A stretch of 26,386 nucleotides of DNA, taken from positions 1 to 26,386 of the forward strand of contig CBDCGL010000008.1 of assembly GCA_965216755.1 (NCBI GenBank), read 5' to 3'. Origin of the DNA: Alphaproteobacteria bacterium. Lineage in GTDB: Bacteria > Pseudomonadota > Alphaproteobacteria > UBA7887. Each line of letters starts with the position of its first letter. The first letter of the stretch is position 1. The notes beneath the pieces were generated by a model, which was given only the letters and a program-made list of their open reading frames with translations, did no database searches and had not been told where the DNA came from. Shown here piece after piece: positions 8,237 through 16,751 of the stretch. The position numbers were made by a program, and so were the translations under genes.

Positions 8237-8947
8237 TTAAGGGACAGGCCGCGGCCATGTGCTTGCAGGTCCAAGGGAGCCGTGCACAACCGATTCAGTT
8301 ATGGCCGCAACAAGGTGTTTGCCATGAAACTCTAGGAACCACATGGTCCCCAACGGAGCATCATCGGCCCGGGCATACATATAGCGAAACTGTATTTCAC
8401 CAACTGAACCAGCACTGCAGTACTTCCCATATGCTCGAATTAGTTCCGGGACGTTCTGGGAATTATAACCTTGGGCAAAGATCTGAAATTTCACAGCCGG
8501 ACCCAAAGGTTCGCCATAGCAGTGATAGAAAAGGCCGCGGACCACTCTTTCAATGAAAGCGTTGTGGGTGGCGACGGACAAAGGGACCACGCCAGCGCAT
8601 CCTATAAGCACGCCGCCTTCTGATCTAACGTCAACTTCACGAAGCCGGCCCAACACTGCGCGGTTTATGCGCTGGTTATGTCTGATTGTCGGTAGAGCGT
8701 GATTTCTCCAAAAAGCTTTGCTTTCTGGCGTGTTGACGCCTACCAGCAAACTCAGCGCCACTCGGAATTCTTCGTCGATATCAGAAAAGCCTTTGTTGCA
8801 CGGGCGACAGGCCGGCACCGTTATCATGTTGCTCGGGCGCGGCTTCACAAACACGGATCTTGGTGGCACATGATCGCCTTTTCCCGGATGTGCTTGCCGA
8901 GTGCCGCAGTAGGCACATTTGTCACTTTTTGGCCGCCGGGAAACCAT
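8237..8947 (-). CDS. HNH-endonuclease-like protein
   Basis: CAYCG...DHVPP...VPACRPCN zinc/HNH pattern; starts 7 nt after recombinase stop. Confidence 0.8.
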   Translation of the reverse strand: MVSRRPKSDKCAYCGTRQAHPGKGDHVPPRSVFVKPRPSNMITVPACRPCNKGFSDIDEEFRVALSLLVGVNTPESKAFWRNHALPTIRHNQRINRAVLGRLREVDVRSEGGVLIGCAGVVPLSVATHNAFIERVVRGLFYHCYGEPLGPAVKFQIFAQGYNSQNVPELIRAYGKYCSAGSVGEIQFRYMYARADDAPLGTMWFLEFHGKHLVAAITESVVHGSLGPASTWPRPVP

Positions 8948-8954
8948 CAGCTAC

Positions 8955-9956
8955 TCAAATCCCGATCCGCTCAACCTCATCCAGGGTGACCTGGTCGTTT
9001 GTGCGGTCGTAGAGCTGCGTGGTCCGCGGGCTTTCATGGGCCGCCATCATTTGAGCGTTTTCCAAGGTGCCGCCGTTCTCCCTATAGGCAGTGATCCCGG
9101 TGGCCCGGAAGCTATGGCAACTGATCGGGGTCGCAATACCGGCCTGCCGCGCGCGTCGCTTGACCATATCTAAGGCCATCCGCCGCTTCACAGGTTCTGC
9201 TGTGAGCGGGCCATTGCGCCACGGCACACTGCGGAATAGCCACCCTTTCTTGTCGCTGGTGATACAAGCGGCGTTGATATAGGCGTCGAGGTAGTCTTCC
9301 AGTGAATGGTGGGCCGGGATTTCGTGGAACTTGCCACCCTTTTCATGAAGGCGGAGCCACCAGCGTTTGCCGGCTGGATAGTAGTCTTCAACCCGCATGC
9401 TCAGGGCGGCGCTCACCCGCGCAAAGCTGTAGATCATCACGCCAATAAGGGCGCGATCCCGCAAGCCGGTCACCGTATCTGTTGGTATGCTATTTAACAG
9501 CTGCCGCGCTTCATCGACGCTTAGTACGGGCGTTTTGCCCCGCTTGACCTTATGGCTGGGTCCGCGGACGGCATGCGCCGGATTGAACGGCAGGACGCCG
9601 CCGGTGACCAGCCAATCGAACAGCGCGCGGATGGCGGCCAAATGCTGCTTCACAGTCGGAGCCGGGCGCAGATGGGTCTGCTCCTCAATGAACACTGCGA
9701 TATGGGTCGGCTGGATATCCTCCAGCCGGCACAGCCGATTTGCTTCACACCAGGCAAAGAACCCTGCGGCGGCGCGGCCATAAGCGGCCCGGGTGTTAGC
9801 GTTGCGGATATTGGCAGTGAAGAACTCAATGAAGCGCCGGGTGGCCCGGTCGCCGTCATCAGCGATGATTCCGGGCACAATCAGCCCGGTCTGTGGATTG
9901 GCCCCGGCGATCAACGCCGGGTCACCTTGCTGCAGTTGAAGGTCGTGTGAAGTCAT
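8955..9956 (-). CDS. Tyrosine recombinase/integrase
   Basis: Catalytic R (FARVS), K (EKGGK), HxxR (HSFR), H (AHES), Y (QLYDR); likely start ATG 9956 (MTSHDL). Confidence 0.95.
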   Translation of the reverse strand: MTSHDLQLQQGDPALIAGANPQTGLIVPGIIADDGDRATRRFIEFFTANIRNANTRAAYGRAAAGFFAWCEANRLCRLEDIQPTHIAVFIEEQTHLRPAPTVKQHLAAIRALFDWLVTGGVLPFNPAHAVRGPSHKVKRGKTPVLSVDEARQLLNSIPTDTVTGLRDRALIGVMIYSFARVSAALSMRVEDYYPAGKRWWLRLHEKGGKFHEIPAHHSLEDYLDAYINAACITSDKKGWLFRSVPWRNGPLTAEPVKRRMALDMVKRRARQAGIATPISCHSFRATGITAYRENGGTLENAQMMAAHESPRTTQLYDRTNDQVTLDEVERIGI

Positions 9957-9997
9957 AATAGCCCCCGAATATTGCCTTAACGAAATGACGTAATAAA

Positions 9998-10025
9998 GAC
10001 ACCCATAATGTCCTTTATGACCGTC
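9998..10025 (+). other. dif-like 11-6-11 recombination site B upstream of recombinase
   Basis: gacacccataa-tgtcct-ttatgaccgtc; both arms read GACnnnCATAA. Confidence 0.7.
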
Positions 10026-10137
10026 TTTCAGAGTACACCAATTAGCCGGCAAAGGGGAGGGTGGTCACCGACAATATCCAGAGATAGTTTCCTGATGACT
10101 ATGGAACGGGCCGCTCGGCAAACACATCTCTTGAGAA

Positions 10138-11037
10138 ATGACAGATCGTCCTGAAGCGATTTTTTTTGAGATTAGGCAGGCCCTCGACTTCTTTCTCTAT
10201 CCGGTTTGGCAATTCTTAAATTCCGATTTCGCTGCAACGTTATTAGCGACTTTGGTAGCAGCGTTCGCGGGTGCTTTTGGCGCGCACGTAATTATCGAAA
10301 AGACCAAGCGCAAGCAGGAGCAGCAGCGGGAGCTGCGCATCACAAACGCGGCGATAATGGTATCAGCGGATATCTGCAGTCTATTTCTTAACCTCAAAAG
10401 ACAGCATGTAAAAGATTTAAAGCAGAAATTTCAAGATGATATCGAGAATTACGCCATAGTGAGCGGCCGCAGTCAAAAAAAAGGTTGGCCAGGGCAAATA
10501 TTTATTCTTCAGTCCAATCTTACTACATTGGATCCGGTAAGAATACCAGGAGAGATACTTGTTAGGCAGGTTTTCGAAGATATTTCGCCTGGACAAAGAG
10601 CATATACACTCACGAACACCCTTATAAGATCTGCCCATTCCCTAAATAGATTTATCAATCTTCGGAACGAATTTGGTCAAAAAATGAAAGGTTTGGATAA
10701 TAATGATATTTGCAATCTCTATTTGGGTCTTCCAGACGAGCAAGGTCATGTGGATCGGACCTATACAGATTCTGTAAAGCATATTTGCAATCTCACAGAC
10801 GATTGCATCTTTTTCAGCAAAACACTCACCAATGATTTGGTAGAACACGGCGAGCTGCTAAAAACCCGCCTGGGTAAAGGCGCTCCGAGAGTGAATAAGC
10901 CGAACTTCAGCAACGCTGAGAAAGAAGGCCTGGTGCCTGACCTACAACGACATAAAGACTGGTTGGGAATGTTTGTTAAGCATGACAGCCTTGAGCCCTC
11001 ACGGCGATCGAAACTATTCAGCCTATTCCCTTGGTGA
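10138..11037 (+). CDS. Hypothetical protein, N-terminal TM helix, AT-rich cargo
   Basis: 299 aa; FAATLLATLVAAFAGAFGAHVII then basic/coiled segment; stop codon lies inside the right IR. Confidence 0.85.
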   Translation: MTDRPEAIFFEIRQALDFFLYPVWQFLNSDFAATLLATLVAAFAGAFGAHVIIEKTKRKQEQQRELRITNAAIMVSADICSLFLNLKRQHVKDLKQKFQDDIENYAIVSGRSQKKGWPGQIFILQSNLTTLDPVRIPGEILVRQVFEDISPGQRAYTLTNTLIRSAHSLNRFINLRNEFGQKMKGLDNNDICNLYLGLPDEQGHVDRTYTDSVKHICNLTDDCIFFSKTLTNDLVEHGELLKTRLGKGAPRVNKPNFSNAEKEGLVPDLQRHKDWLGMFVKHDSLEPSRRSKLFSLFPW

Positions 11038-11211
11038 GACGAAGGCTTGACATTCCCCCGGAGCCGACAATTTCCGCAATAACACCGCGCGGAGGGGCTG
11101 TAGCCGAACGAAACCGTTATGGGTTGGCTTAGCGACGAAGGAGCTTAGCAACCCTTCTGTTTCGCAGCGGACGGAAGCCGCGAGCACGGTGTTATCCTGT
11201 CCCCGTCGGTT
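11025..11211 (-). repeat. Right ~187-bp inverted repeat with internal hairpin
   Basis: Reverse complement of 7702-7889. Confidence 0.93.
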
Positions 11212-11362
11212 GTTATCCTCGTCATTTTTGCCCCGCACGATGCTTTTCGTTTGCCGCCGGAGTCCACGTTGACCAAGGTCATTCTTGAAGAAGTGCTAAC
11301 GCACGGTTTTTTCACACCCCTACCCCCCCGTTTCTTTTTAAGGGGAAGAAGGAAGGTGCACG

Positions 11363-11623
11363 ATGGGTCATGGTGACCCGGATTTGATCCTCATGGCTGC
11401 TGATCCCACGGCGGAAGACCCCAACAAACTGATCAAGGTTGCCTCCGGCGATCTCTGGCGCAATGGTCGCGGCGGTGAGCTGATTTTTGAGACCGATGAC
11501 CCGCGCATCAAGCAGCTGGTTTTCGAATCGCAACGTGTCGTCTTGCTATTTGGCGATGATGCCTGGCCATCAAAGCGACCAACGCGCAAGCGGCCCTATA
11601 GGCGGTCACACCGCGATCACTGA
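11363..11623 (+). CDS. Hypothetical protein (86 aa)
   Basis: Purine-rich RBS gaaggaagg; converges on next ORF without overlap. Confidence 0.55.
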   Translation: MGHGDPDLILMAADPTAEDPNKLIKVASGDLWRNGRGGELIFETDDPRIKQLVFESQRVVLLFGDDAWPSKRPTRKRPYRRSHRDH

Positions 11624-11626
11624 CCC

Positions 11627-12028
11627 TTATTGCGCCCCGAATGCTCGCGTGATGTTTTCGGCTCTGGCCATTTTTGACCTGTCGCGGGCTTCTGCCCTTA
11701 CCGCCACCGCGATTGCCTTGTCAATTTTCCGGTCATAGTCGTCACGGACGACCTTTGCCCGCTTCTCCGTCTCTCGCGCCTGGAACACGATACAGTCGAT
11801 GTCGATCTCGATGTCGGAAGGAAAGGGTTGGTCGTAATAGAGTGACTTGTTGCTCCAGCGGTTGTGGAGTCGGTCGTTGGCTTCACGATGCGTTCGCTCG
11901 ATCACTTTCAGGAGTGCCCTATCCCTTTCATAATACAGATTTCTTACGTGCTGTTTGGCCGTTTCGTTACTAAGCCGCGCGATCTGGGCTTGGCGCTTCA
12001 CTTCCGCATCTCTGTTGTAAAGGCTCAT
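11627..12028 (-). CDS. Hypothetical helical charged protein (133 aa)
   Basis: GGAG RBS; coiled-coil-like composition. Confidence 0.7.
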   Translation of the reverse strand: MSLYNRDAEVKRQAQIARLSNETAKQHVRNLYYERDRALLKVIERTHREANDRLHNRWSNKSLYYDQPFPSDIEIDIDCIVFQARETEKRAKVVRDDYDRKIDKAIAVAVRAEARDRSKMARAENITRAFGAQ

Positions 12029-12057
12029 CGCTCAAGCGCTCCGTTTTCGTTCCATCG

Positions 12058-12083
12058 AAAAGGGCAGGCCAAATGGCCTGCCC
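12058..12083 (-). terminator. Intrinsic terminator-like hairpin
   Basis: gggcaggcc-4 nt loop-ggcctgccc followed by TTTT on minus strand. Confidence 0.6.
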
Positions 12084-12111
12084 CGTGTCGACTGGTTTGC
12101 CGGTCAGTAGC

Positions 12112-12225
12112 TCACTCCTCTTTCGGAGTGACCTTCGGCACCGATCCCTTGCCGCCGCAGAAGGAACAGGTGCGGCCTTCTACACGTTTGTAGCCGTAAC
12201 AAACCGGACATACTTCGCTTGCCAT
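12112..12225 (-). CDS. 37-aa DnaJ-type zinc-finger mini-protein
   Basis: MASEVCPVCYGYKRVEGRTCSFCGGKGSVPKVTPKEE*; strong AAAGGAGG RBS. Confidence 0.75.
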   Translation of the reverse strand: MASEVCPVCYGYKRVEGRTCSFCGGKGSVPKVTPKEE

Positions 12226-12252
12226 GTTTTGCCCTCCTTTGTTGAACATGGA

Positions 12253-12921
12253 CTAGTGGACAGGCGGCGCGTTGCCGACAGCGCTTGAACCGTCGCCGGC
12301 GCTTGCCGTGACAATCGTGAAAGATTTCGCTATCAGCTCTTCGTCCGCCTGCTGCAAACGGAGCAACAGCGCTGTGCCGTACTCCGCATGAAATTCGTCG
12401 AAACTGGAAATGGGAATCCGGCGTTCGCCATAGCGCATCACAACCTGCGTACTGTTCGTAAACACGAACGGCACCTTGTCGTAAGCACGCTTTTTGTTGT
12501 AATGGACTTCCATCTCCTCACGCTGCCGGATTTCTTGTTGAGACTTCATGTGCGGTTCGACCAAGAACCGGTGATGGGCGGCGCCACGTTCGAAATGTTG
12601 GAAATCCTTTGACCCCACGGATCGGATTGAGATCGTGTCGGATGTCAATTTGACGTCGAATGTGGCGGGACTTTTCCATGTCGCGGCACGCCAAACACCG
12701 AATATTGCCGCGGCGGTGGTTAGAATTAGAGCGCCGGAAAGTTGGCCATCTATGGCGGAGAGGGACGCCGTGCCAAGCAGCAATGACACACCGCCGAAGG
12801 CCACCATGTCGCCAGGAGTGCCATCAGGTGATTTGTGCGTGCCGGCGATATGGACCCCATCAACGTCCGGCAATCGCGTTGTGGTGAGGAAATTTACTTT
12901 GGAACTTTGAAAGGTGGTCAT
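12253..12921 (-). CDS. Membrane protein, two TM helices plus soluble C-domain (222 aa)
   Basis: Likely start ATG 12921 (MTTFQSS), 4 nt after upstream stop; hydrophobic VAFGGVSLLLGTASL and ALILTTAAAIFGVW. Confidence 0.75.
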   Translation of the reverse strand: MTTFQSSKVNFLTTTRLPDVDGVHIAGTHKSPDGTPGDMVAFGGVSLLLGTASLSAIDGQLSGALILTTAAAIFGVWRAATWKSPATFDVKLTSDTISIRSVGSKDFQHFERGAAHHRFLVEPHMKSQQEIRQREEMEVHYNKKRAYDKVPFVFTNSTQVVMRYGERRIPISSFDEFHAEYGTALLLRLQQADEELIAKSFTIVTASAGDGSSAVGNAPPVH

Positions 12922-12925
12922 TGCG

Positions 12926-13201
12926 CTAAACCGTATGTTTAGCTGCCTGACGTCGGTCACCTTCGAAAGCGAAGATGCACCCGCAGAAAGAGCAGCCGTA
13001 TCCGATTTTTCTTGGTGACGTGCCCGCGCCGGTAGCAAAGCCTGGCACCCAGATCGGGGCACATTTCTGCTGCTGGCAATCCGGGCAAGACAATGGATGG
13101 TGGTGTCGCGGGCGATTAATTGCCGCACGGTCCATATGCGTGCCGACGCTCGAGATGCAGAACCGCGACGCGCTATGTCTCAGTGGCGTTACCTTGTTCA
13201 T
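12926..13201 (-). CDS. Zinc-ribbon-like small protein
   Basis: CPDC...CSFC; GAGGG RBS; first gene of minus-strand operon. Confidence 0.55.
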   Translation of the reverse strand: MNKVTPLRHSASRFCISSVGTHMDRAAINRPRHHHPLSCPDCQQQKCAPIWVPGFATGAGTSPRKIGYGCSFCGCIFAFEGDRRQAAKHTV

Positions 13202-13329
13202 TCGTTCGCACCCTCAGAATAAATTGCGGGAAGAGCAATTCTAAATTCTGGCGAGGGGAACGAAAAACGTAAACGGCTGTAAACTCAAGTAAATCTATGA
13301 CAATATTGACTGTGACATAACGGAGACTT

Positions 13330-13698
13330 ATGACTGTTCAAATCAATAGGTCACTAATGACAAAAAAGGTTCAGAACATGGCAAATGATAGTGAGACAGA
13401 TCAGATTCCGGAGAACGTTACCAAACTTTACACAGATTTGGCGGATATGGTCCCGCCGGAAACGATGGAACTGCTGTACGAAGTAGCTGAAATGTCCGGC
13501 AGGGATTTAAATGAGTTGGCGAATGAGGCGTTTGCAATGGGGTGTCGGATGCAGGGCCTCCGGCCTTTTCCTCCTTTGAGAGAGCTTGGCTTCGTGATTC
13601 AAGATCGCAACCGACCGGCTGTGCCGGCAACAATCCCCAGAGACGGTCCCACGGCTGTCGCGCAAATCGCTACAGGAAAAAAGCGGTGCGAACCGTAG
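13330..13698 (+). CDS. Hypothetical protein, possible RHH/CopG-like regulator
   Basis: VPPETMELLYEVAEMSGRDLNELANEAF; start uncertain (13330 or 13378). Confidence 0.55.
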   Translation: MTVQINRSLMTKKVQNMANDSETDQIPENVTKLYTDLADMVPPETMELLYEVAEMSGRDLNELANEAFAMGCRMQGLRPFPPLRELGFVIQDRNRPAVPATIPRDGPTAVAQIATGKKRCEP

Positions 13699-13758
13699 GC
13701 AAGGCAGGATAAACTCTTATTCCAGCTATCGATTTGACGTGATGTGGAGAGTGGATCA

Positions 13759-14178
13759 ATGGCCAAGAAACGAAGGTTCAAAACAATTGTTAATATCGAG
13801 CCACCGGAATTGGTCCCGGAGTTGGATCGCTTGCAGAAAGAGTCCGGTGAAAATATGGGCGTTTTCTTTGGTAGATGCCTTGCCCACGCATTACCGCTAA
13901 TCAGAAAAGAGGAAGCCCAAAAACGTACCATTCCGGACCTCCTAGAGATGATCGACGAAATGCGTAGGGAAATCCAAACGCTAAGGAGCGATGTCAGGTC
14001 CTTGAAGGCACAACTCGCCGCCTCGAAACCGGATTATTCGATGTGGCCCACCATCGCTAACCCGCCTGTGGCCGAAAACGCATTCCGCGTCAACAGGAGG
14101 CGAAAACCCACGGCGCAGAGAGCCGATTATTCGATGTGGCACACCATCATTGATGCGCCGGTAGCCGGCAGCGCCTGA
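13759..14178 (+). CDS. Hypothetical protein: RHH-like N-terminus, coiled coil, duplicated C-terminal motif
   Basis: GGAG RBS, ATG 13759; DYSMWPTIANPPVA / DYSMWHTIIDAPVA. Confidence 0.65.
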   Translation: MAKKRRFKTIVNIEPPELVPELDRLQKESGENMGVFFGRCLAHALPLIRKEEAQKRTIPDLLEMIDEMRREIQTLRSDVRSLKAQLAASKPDYSMWPTIANPPVAENAFRVNRRRKPTAQRADYSMWHTIIDAPVAGSA

Positions 14179-14316
14179 TGTTTACAGAAGTAAACAGTTA
14201 TCTATCGATTTTTGAGCTTCAGATTGCCCCACACAGAGCACCAAGCAGGGTTTTGGGTCCAATCATACCAATAAAGTTTTCGTCGCTGTACGGGGACCCT
14301 CAGGGCTTTTGAATTT

Positions 14317-15837
14317 TCACGCCGGATCGAATTTCCCCTCAAACAAGGCGTGACGGTCGTATTTGATGCGCTGGATGATCGCCGGCGGCAAGCTTGGCGT
14401 GATCACCACGGCGCGTTGTTGTGGGTCATCTCTTCCCACGAATCTGGAAACTTCCTCGGGTCCTAAAAGGTCGGTTTGTTGATACGACAAGTTGTCACCA
14501 GTCACCCCGTGTTTTCGCTGTTCAATAGATGGGTCGGATTTGGAAGGAACTGCAACGGTCGTCTTACCCAGCCGCTTGGCGATGTACTCCAAAGTGGTCG
14601 GGTCGTTGTTGCCGAAAAAGACTTGTGTGCCGCTATTGCCTAAGAACGTCTCATAGCTGGCCCCATAGAGCCGTTTGATCTGCGCTAGGTCTTGCAAAAT
14701 GAGGAGCAGCTTACAGCTGTAGCCCGCTATTAATCCGGCAGCGGTCTCGATTTGCCGCATATGGCCCAGCACCGCGAATTCTTCCAAGCACATCAGCACC
14801 GGGACCGCCGGCCGAGCGTCCTCCGCCTCCATCATGTCGAAGACCTGGTTTATGAACAGCCGCAGCCAGCGTGCACAGCTCGACATCTTCGACGGCGGCA
14901 GTACCAGGTAGATGGTCGTTGGCTTGCGCTTGAGATCGGCCAGATCAAAATCATGCCCTGACACCACATTTTGGATTTCCGGGTACCTCAGGAATTTCAG
15001 GTGCCGCCGCATGGTCGACAGCACCGACCCGCGCTCCGCTTTCGGCCGGTCGAAAAATTCATCGCGGGCGTCAAGGACAGCCCCTTTCAGCCGGTCTGGG
15101 AAGAGGCCCATTTGGTGCCGCAGCGCCGGCAAACCTTGTAGCTCTGACCCGTCGTTGCAGGTGTGAACGTTTTGCGGGGTCAGCAATTTGAAGATGGTCG
15201 CCAGATTCCGTTCATGGCTGTGGCCGGGGTAGGTAGCCGTTTGCAGGATCAAACCTTCAATCCCGGCGGTGGCGCTGTCGTCCCAATGCGGGTCTTTGCC
15301 GTCACCGCGCACCACAATGCCGTCGGCCAGTGACGCTGCATTAGCGATCATTTCCGGTTTTTCTTCGCCGGGAAAATCTTCCGGCAGGTGCGCCAGGAAG
15401 TTAAAGCGCCGGCGATAGTCCTTCACGTGCTCATGGGTAATTTCAAACGGGTCAAGGATATGCACATCCTGGCCCAGGGCGGCACGCCGCCGCGCCGTGA
15501 TATTGGCCAGCTCCCCTTTCGGGTCGATGACCAAGGTAGACCCCGCATATTCCAGCAAAGTCGGTACGATAATGGAGCGGCCTTTCCCCGCCCGGCTGGC
15601 ACAACACACAATCGCGTGGCGATCGTCGCCCAAGCCTAGCGGCTTGCCGCCGCTCACCACGTATTCGCGTGCTTCTTCATCGAACTGACAGGTACCGTCG
15701 ATCACACCCAGGAACAGCTTGGCGTTGTTGAACGTAAATTTCCGGCTGTCCCTCAACCAGTTTTCGGGCAGCCAGGCCGACATTGGCATCTTGCCGGTTT
15801 TTGCACCGCCGCGTGGGAGGTCGTCGAGGACGCTCAT
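14317..15837 (-). CDS. traG: TraG/VirD4-family type IV coupling protein
   Basis: Walker A ASRAGKGR, VIDPKGEL, WDDSA, Walker B LEEFAVLG, ILQDLAQIKRLYG; GGAGA RBS before ATG 15837. Confidence 0.92.
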   Translation of the reverse strand: MSVLDDLPRGGAKTGKMPMSAWLPENWLRDSRKFTFNNAKLFLGVIDGTCQFDEEAREYVVSGGKPLGLGDDRHAIVCCASRAGKGRSIIVPTLLEYAGSTLVIDPKGELANITARRRAALGQDVHILDPFEITHEHVKDYRRRFNFLAHLPEDFPGEEKPEMIANAASLADGIVVRGDGKDPHWDDSATAGIEGLILQTATYPGHSHERNLATIFKLLTPQNVHTCNDGSELQGLPALRHQMGLFPDRLKGAVLDARDEFFDRPKAERGSVLSTMRRHLKFLRYPEIQNVVSGHDFDLADLKRKPTTIYLVLPPSKMSSCARWLRLFINQVFDMMEAEDARPAVPVLMCLEEFAVLGHMRQIETAAGLIAGYSCKLLLILQDLAQIKRLYGASYETFLGNSGTQVFFGNNDPTTLEYIAKRLGKTTVAVPSKSDPSIEQRKHGVTGDNLSYQQTDLLGPEEVSRFVGRDDPQQRAVVITPSLPPAIIQRIKYDRHALFEGKFDPA

Positions 15838-16355
15838 GACAGTCTCCGTGTCTCGGGCCGCAACAAACAGCGCGCAATATGGCAAAACTGGTTTGCCCCA
15901 TATTTGCCCGCTGATGCCGGTCTGATGATCAGCGCCCTACCGGAGGGCACTCACACATTCACGCCATCTGGGGGCTTCTCAGGGCCAAACACGCCTATAT
16001 CCGTGTCCGCCGAGGGTGCGGTAAAATGCAAGCCGATGGGTGTCGTGATTATGTCTCGACTATCGGCGCGCGCCGATGGGTTCATGGCGTCAAAGCGTTA
16101 ATCATTTGTATGATGATGTTTGGTACGCTTTGAGCAAGTTGTGTGTTGTGGCCCATAAATGGGCCATCCCCTGCGGGGACAAGCAACACGAACTTGCCAA
16201 GGAGGGCCCGCTGCGCGCCCTCCGTTGGATCCTCCCCGGCTTGGTGCTGCCGCCCTGGCATCGAGCCAGGCCAGCAGCACGGCACCGTTTCGTCGGTGCA
16301 TCACGACCAAGGGTAGCGCCCCTTGGATGGCTTTCATTGGGCGGAGGTGTTGCCC

Positions 16356-16751
16356 ATGCCACGACCGCGCAAAGCCAACGGCCGCTCCTTCCAGCTCAAG
16401 GCCCGTTTCACGGCCACTGAGCTGGAAGCCGTCAATGCCCGTGCTGCACACACGGGCATGACGGTTAGCGACCTGCTTCGCCACGGCGTGCTGGACAACC
16501 CCCCGCCCCCGACCCGCCTTCATCGCCGGGTCCAATGTCCGGAGGAATTGGCCCGGCTGCTTGGGCAGGTCGGCCGCATCGGCAATAACGTCAACCAGCT
16601 GGCCCGTATTGCCCATGCGGGATCATGGCCTGATAGCGAGCGCATCACCCAGGCCGTCGCCGACATCCAGTGGATGCGCGCCCGGCTGATGGATGCGCTC
16701 GGCTATGATCCGGTGGACAGTGATCCCCCTGCCCCGGTTCTTACGCCATGA
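16356..16751 (+). CDS. mobC: MobC (copy 2)
   Basis: Same translation as 622-1017. Confidence 0.88.
   Translation: MPRPRKANGRSFQLKARFTATELEAVNARAAHTGMTVSDLLRHGVLDNPPPPTRLHRRVQCPEELARLLGQVGRIGNNVNQLARIAHAGSWPDSERITQAVADIQWMRARLMDALGYDPVDSDPPAPVLTP

Larger units (their letters stand above)
1..15734. mobile_element. One complete unit of a ~15.7-kb mobilisable plasmid
   Basis: Base 1 (taaatttccggctg) recurs at 15735; the unit contains rep, iterons, par, TA, mobC-relaxase and coupling-protein genes. Confidence 0.93.

Noticed and set aside
8955-9956. Classical integron integrase IntI with attC cassettes
   Set aside because: No IntI-specific insertion recognisable; hairpin ends do not match RYYYAAC/GTTRRRY
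9957-10052. N-terminal extension of the recombinase in the ORF track
   Set aside because: Runs through the palindromic site B; ATG 9956 is more plausible
11047-11075. TTGACA promoter in the right repeat
   Set aside because: No credible -10 at 16-18 nt; left copy has CTGACA
12922-13128. N-terminal extension of the 291-aa ORF
   Set aside because: Overlaps the zinc-ribbon ORF; ATG 12921 gives clean operon spacing
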